Part shown: positions 60,614 through 64,000 of the stretch, one piece after another | Layout: each line of letters begins with the position of its first letter | Position numbering within the stretch: the first letter of the stretch is position 1 | DNA from: an uncultured Clostridia bacterium | GTDB lineage: Bacteria > Bacillota > Clostridia > Christensenellales > UBA1242 | Direction: 5' to 3' | Length of the DNA: 64,000 nt | Assembly: GCA_934756675.1 (NCBI GenBank) | Contig: CAKVLG010000002.1 | Coordinates: forward strand, 64,339-128,338 | The notes under the pieces: generated by a model | What the model was told of the DNA's origin: nothing | Database searches by the model: none | Seen by the model: the letters and a program-made list of their open reading frames with translations, nothing else | Position numbers and translations under genes: made by a program

Positions 60614-62578
60614 ATGTTGGTTGAAGAATTAAATGGCGTTGGAAGTAAGCGTGCAGCTGTTTTAAACGAAAACGGCATTTTTACTATTGACGATATTCTC
60701 AACTATTTTCCTAAAAAGTATATTGACTTGTCGAATGCTGAAACGTTTAAAATGGACGGCAAAAACCGACTGATAAAAGTAACTACAATAGAAGATGCTA
60801 AAGTTGTTCGTTTGCGTGGTGGACTTAATTATACCAGCATTAAAGTTATTGATGAAGATAATTACAAATTCACTTGTGTTTGGTTCAACCAACCATATAT
60901 GAAAGCTAATTTAAAAGTAAATACCGATTACTTCTTTTATGGCAAAAATTCTCCAAAGAAAAAGAATTATTTTGTTGTTCAAATGACAATAAAAGACACA
61001 AATGCAAGCATGTTGTCTATCTACAAAACAATGGAAGGTATTGGTCAACAAACCATTAAAAACTTGATTGACCAATCATTTAAGGTGTCAGATTTTTGGT
61101 CTGCCTTTGACAAAAATTTACCATTGTCATTGGCATATAAGTACTTACATAACCCACAAAATTCAAGCGAGTTAATTGATGCAAAAGCTCGTGTTAATTT
61201 CGAAGATGCAGCTTATATTTGTGCTGCAACTAAATTTAATAAAAACATTAATAAAGTGCAAAAAACGCAAAATTATACAAATTTAAGTGAAATATTGTGT
61301 TATTTTTGCAATATTTTGCCATTTTCTTTATCTGAAAGTCAATTAAAAGTGATAAAAGAATTAAATAATGATTTTGAAAAAATCTATCCTATAAACAGAA
61401 TAATTGATGGCGATGTTGGGTCTGGTAAAACTGTTATAGCTTTTTATGCAATGCTGGTTGCAAGCAAAAATAGTTATCAATCAGTCATGCTTGCACCAAC
61501 TGAATTACTTGCCAAGCAACATTACTTAAATGCAATAAAACTTTTTGGAAAAGACAATTGCATGTTTCTTTCGTCACAAACAAAATCAAAAGAGTTAAGC
61601 CGCATTCAAGAAAATGGCTCACTTATGATATTTGGTACACAATCTGTTTTTTCAGGTAAGGTCAAATATAAAAATTTATCTATGATTATTGTTGATGAAC
61701 AACATAGGTTTGGCGTTGGTGATAGGGCTAAAATTTGTGATAAGGGTATTACACCCGATGTTATTAGTATGAGTGCAACGCCAATTCCAAGGACGTTGTC
61801 TTTGGTATTCCGTGGTGACCTTGATGTGAGCGAGCTAAAATCTAGGCCGTTTGCTGTAAACATTCAAACAAACATTGTTAACAGTAAGCGAGAAGAAGAT
61901 ATGTATTGTTTTGTTGCAAAAAAAGTGAGTGAGGGAAGTAAGGTTTTTGTTGTTTGTAGCAAAATTGGTGACGATGAAGATGAAGACGAATTGTCTTATT
62001 CGGCAACAAATGTTTACCAAAAATTAAAATCAAAATTCAATTTCAACATTGGAATATTAAATGGGAAAGTTAAGCAGCAAGAACGGGACAAAGTTCTGTC
62101 TGATTTCGACGCTGGTAATATTAAGCTTATAGTTGCGACAACTATTGTTGAAGTTGGAATTGATATTCCAGACAGTGACATAATGATTATTATGACTCCA
62201 GAAAGCTTTGGACTTGCCACATTGCATCAGCTTCGTGGACGCGTAGGACGAAAAGGGCAACAAGCTTATTGTTTTTGTTTGGTTCATGCTGCAAGCAAAC
62301 AGACGCTTGATAGATTGAATTTTTTTAAATCTCATAATAATGGTTATGAACTTGCAGAATACGACTATAACATGCGTGGTGCCGGTGAAACTTTTGGTAC
62401 AAAACAACATGGAAAAACTTCTAGTGATATAATAACAAATATCGGACTAGATACATTTAAAAAAGCTAAAATAGCAGTTGACACGCTTTGTGAAAAAGAT
62501 TATGAAACTTACTCAAAGGTCGCAAGTTTAGCTGTAAAAAAGTTTAATAATGTATTTGAAAAAATTATTTTAAATTAA
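60614..62578 (+). CDS. recG: ATP-dependent DNA helicase RecG
   Basis: 654 aa. GDVGSGKT Walker A, VDEQHRFG motif and the C-terminal TRG-type LHQLRGRVGR. Confidence 0.93.
   Translation: MLVEELNGVGSKRAAVLNENGIFTIDDILNYFPKKYIDLSNAETFKMDGKNRLIKVTTIEDAKVVRLRGGLNYTSIKVIDEDNYKFTCVWFNQPYMKANLKVNTDYFFYGKNSPKKKNYFVVQMTIKDTNASMLSIYKTMEGIGQQTIKNLIDQSFKVSDFWSAFDKNLPLSLAYKYLHNPQNSSELIDAKARVNFEDAAYICAATKFNKNINKVQKTQNYTNLSEILCYFCNILPFSLSESQLKVIKELNNDFEKIYPINRIIDGDVGSGKTVIAFYAMLVASKNSYQSVMLAPTELLAKQHYLNAIKLFGKDNCMFLSSQTKSKELSRIQENGSLMIFGTQSVFSGKVKYKNLSMIIVDEQHRFGVGDRAKICDKGITPDVISMSATPIPRTLSLVFRGDLDVSELKSRPFAVNIQTNIVNSKREEDMYCFVAKKVSEGSKVFVVCSKIGDDEDEDELSYSATNVYQKLKSKFNFNIGILNGKVKQQERDKVLSDFDAGNIKLIVATTIVEVGIDIPDSDIMIIMTPESFGLATLHQLRGRVGRKGQQAYCFCLVHAASKQTLDRLNFFKSHNNGYELAEYDYNMRGAGETFGTKQHGKTSSDIITNIGLDTFKKAKIAVDTLCEKDYETYSKVASLAVKKFNNVFEKIILN
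61260..61292 (+). repeat. Bipartite motif copy D (AAAAAACGCAAAATT-N11-AGTGAAA), inside the recG coding sequence
   Basis: Matches copy A at 30 of 33 positions. Here it is translated as ..QKTQNYTNLSEI.. in the variable linker before the RecG helicase core. Confidence 0.5.
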
Positions 62579-62612
62579 AAGACCACCCAAAATTGATGGT
62601 CTTTATTTTTCT
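62577..62612. terminator. Bidirectional terminator between recG and the convergent gene
   Basis: AAAGACCA...TGGTCTTT hairpin with flanking A and T runs. Confidence 0.65.
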
Positions 62613-62616
62613 TATT

Positions 62617-63207
62617 TTATTCTGGTGTTATTTCATCATTATTTAGTTTTGTTTTAGCTTCTAGATAATCTTGTCTGGCGTTTACGCGCATTTTAAAGTC
62701 AAAATAAATAGGGTCAGTTTTTGGGTCAAACTTGTCTGTTTCGTCGAACAAAACGCTTGAGTCACCAGTGTTAATCATATAATTATTAAGAGCATCGGTA
62801 TAAAGTTCTGCCATAACGTCTATTTGATTTGCATCGTGGTATTGTGTGCCTGCAATGAGGTATGCAAGATCAAAAAGCTCATTTTTTTGGTTGTGAGAAG
62901 CGTTTCTACCAATGCAACAAAGTTCTTTTATGTAAATATCTTTTACTTTTGACGATTTTTTCATGAGTAACAATGATTCACAAGTGTGCGAAACAAAAAC
63001 AATACCGTTGCCATTCGAAATATAGACATTTTTGATGTGGTCTTCAACAGGGTAATAGTCTGGCAAAAGTGAAATTTCAAGCTTTCCGTTGACATTTTCT
63101 AATCTGAAAAGTCCACAAGTTTGTGAATTATCGTTCATACGCATAGGTGAAGAGCCATAAATATAGACAACATCTCTATCTTTTAAGTTAATAGTTTCAA
63201 CTTTCAT
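62617..63207 (-). CDS. Hypothetical protein
   Basis: GGAG SD lies 7 nt before ATG 63207 (MKVETINLKD...). 196 aa. The track's longer start at 63264 lacks an SD. Confidence 0.55.
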   Translation of the reverse strand: MKVETINLKDRDVVYIYGSSPMRMNDNSQTCGLFRLENVNGKLEISLLPDYYPVEDHIKNVYISNGNGIVFVSHTCESLLLMKKSSKVKDIYIKELCCIGRNASHNQKNELFDLAYLIAGTQYHDANQIDVMAELYTDALNNYMINTGDSSVLFDETDKFDPKTDPIYFDFKMRVNARQDYLEAKTKLNNDEITPE

Positions 63208-63312
63208 AACAAAACTCCAAATTAATTCTAGATAAAGTATAAGTCCAAAACAGTTTAACGTCAATAGGCAAAATAAATAAAATAAAAAAAATTAAAAATA
63301 TTAAAAAATCCC

Positions 63313-63341
63313 TTGACGAATAATATTAATTTTGCTATTAT
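63313..63341 (+). promoter_or_regulatory. SigA promoter for the tRNA pair
   Basis: TTGACG, 17-nt spacer, TATTAT. Confidence 0.65.
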
Positions 63342-63365
63342 ATACGAGTGTTACAGACACCATGT

Positions 63366-63441
63366 GGAGGGTTAGCTCAGCTGGGAGAGCATCTGCCTTA
63401 CAAGCAGGCGGTCGTAGGTTCGAGCCCTACACTCTCCACCA
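63366..63441 (+). tRNA. tRNA-Val (anticodon TAC)
   Basis: A 76-nt cloverleaf folded by hand: acceptor GGAGGGT/ACTCTCC, anticodon loop CTTACAA, T-loop TTCGAGC, encoded CCA. Confidence 0.93.
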
Positions 63442-63444
63442 AAT

Positions 63445-63519
63445 GCGGGAATGGCTCAGAGGTAGAGCGTTGCCTTGCCAAGGCAAATGTCGCGAGTTCG
63501 AATCTCGTTTCCCGCTCCA
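63445..63519 (+). tRNA. tRNA-Gly (anticodon GCC)
   Basis: A 75-nt cloverleaf: acceptor GCGGGAA/TTCCCGC, anticodon loop TTGCCAA, T-loop TTCGAAT, encoded CCA. Confidence 0.93.
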
Positions 63520-63530
63520 GGTAAACAATA

Positions 63531-63562
63531 AAAAAGAAAAGTCGATTGGCTTTTCTTTTTTT
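63531..63562 (+). terminator. Intrinsic terminator after the tRNA genes
   Basis: AAGAAAAGTC-GATT-GGCTTTTCTT followed by a T-run. Confidence 0.75.
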
Positions 63563-63598
63563 GTATTTTAAAAATTAAGTTTACTGAAATAAGGTGTG

Positions 63599-63934
63599 TT
63601 AACAATTGGAAAGGTCAGTGTCTTTTGTTCCGTTGATAAAGGTAATAATTTTTGGTTTTAAAAATCCAGAACCAATGTTAACAATAATGTCTAAATTGTC
63701 TAATTTTGCTGTTAACTTGCAAGAGTGCATTTTGTATGAAGAAACTTGGTCAACAATCTTTTTATCAATACTTATAAAACAATTTGTATATTTAATAGTT
63801 ACTTCAACAACATGCTCGCCAATATTTTTTGTAAGTGTTTGATTTATGTTTTTTAGCTGAATTGTAGATAAAATTATTCCACAAACAATAACCAAGATTA
63901 CAATTGAAATAATAATAAATGCAAGAACTTTCAT
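63599..63934 (-). CDS. Small membrane-anchored hypothetical protein
   Basis: 111 aa with an AGGAGA SD and an N-terminal TM helix (VLAFIIISIVILVIVCGIIL). Confidence 0.55.
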   Translation of the reverse strand: MKVLAFIIISIVILVIVCGIILSTIQLKNINQTLTKNIGEHVVEVTIKYTNCFISIDKKIVDQVSSYKMHSCKLTAKLDNLDIIVNIGSGFLKPKIITFINGTKDTDLSNC

Positions 63935-64000
63935 TTTGTTTTCTCCTAAAACTAAATTATTTTTTATATTATCTTCCTATATTATATCATATTTTGCTGC

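Noticed and set aside
63332-63571. 79-aa + strand ORF.
   Set aside because: It is a read-through of the tRNA-Val and tRNA-Gly genes and their terminator.

Overview
Low-GC Firmicutes chromosome segment using the standard code; TGA acts as a stop, for example in the dnaJ/mtaB ATGA overlap. A class-A RNase P RNA, an intact pro-sigma-K gene and a SpoVM micro-ORF suggest an endospore-forming member of the Clostridia. All protein calls come from motifs and gene order read by eye, with no database search.

Bases 1-22,200 are accessory:
- An edge-truncated gene for a lipoprotein of more than 1,814 aa. It is the largest gene in the window and is missing from the supplied ORF track.
- A near-consensus LexA/SOS box upstream of a phage late-activator-like gene.
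- A roughly 15-kb translationally coupled late operon resembling a short-tailed phage: TerL, portal, scaffold, major capsid, three large tail proteins and a holin-like protein. No integrase, repressor, replication gene, recognisable small terminase or endolysin is visible.

Bases 22,200-64,000 are core housekeeping genes with Bacillus-like synteny: rnj, trmR/U32, sigK, rnpB, rarA, helD, pnuC, lepA-hemW-hrcA-grpE-dnaK-dnaJ-mtaB, rpsU, pcrA-ligA, rpoZ-priA-def-fmt-rlmN-rpe-spoVM-rpmB-yloU-yloV-recG, and tRNA-Val/tRNA-Gly.

The most notable sequence-level signal is a conserved bipartite motif, AAAAAACGCAAAATT-N11/12-AGTGAAA. It occurs three times on the + strand: upstream of the phage-like late operon, upstream of an orphan gene next to rnpB, and inside the recG coding region.

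Other points worth a second look are a bacterial mTERF-repeat-like protein, a structured GC-rich island in the yloV-recG spacer, and two real genes below the ORF-track size cut-off (rpsU and spoVM).
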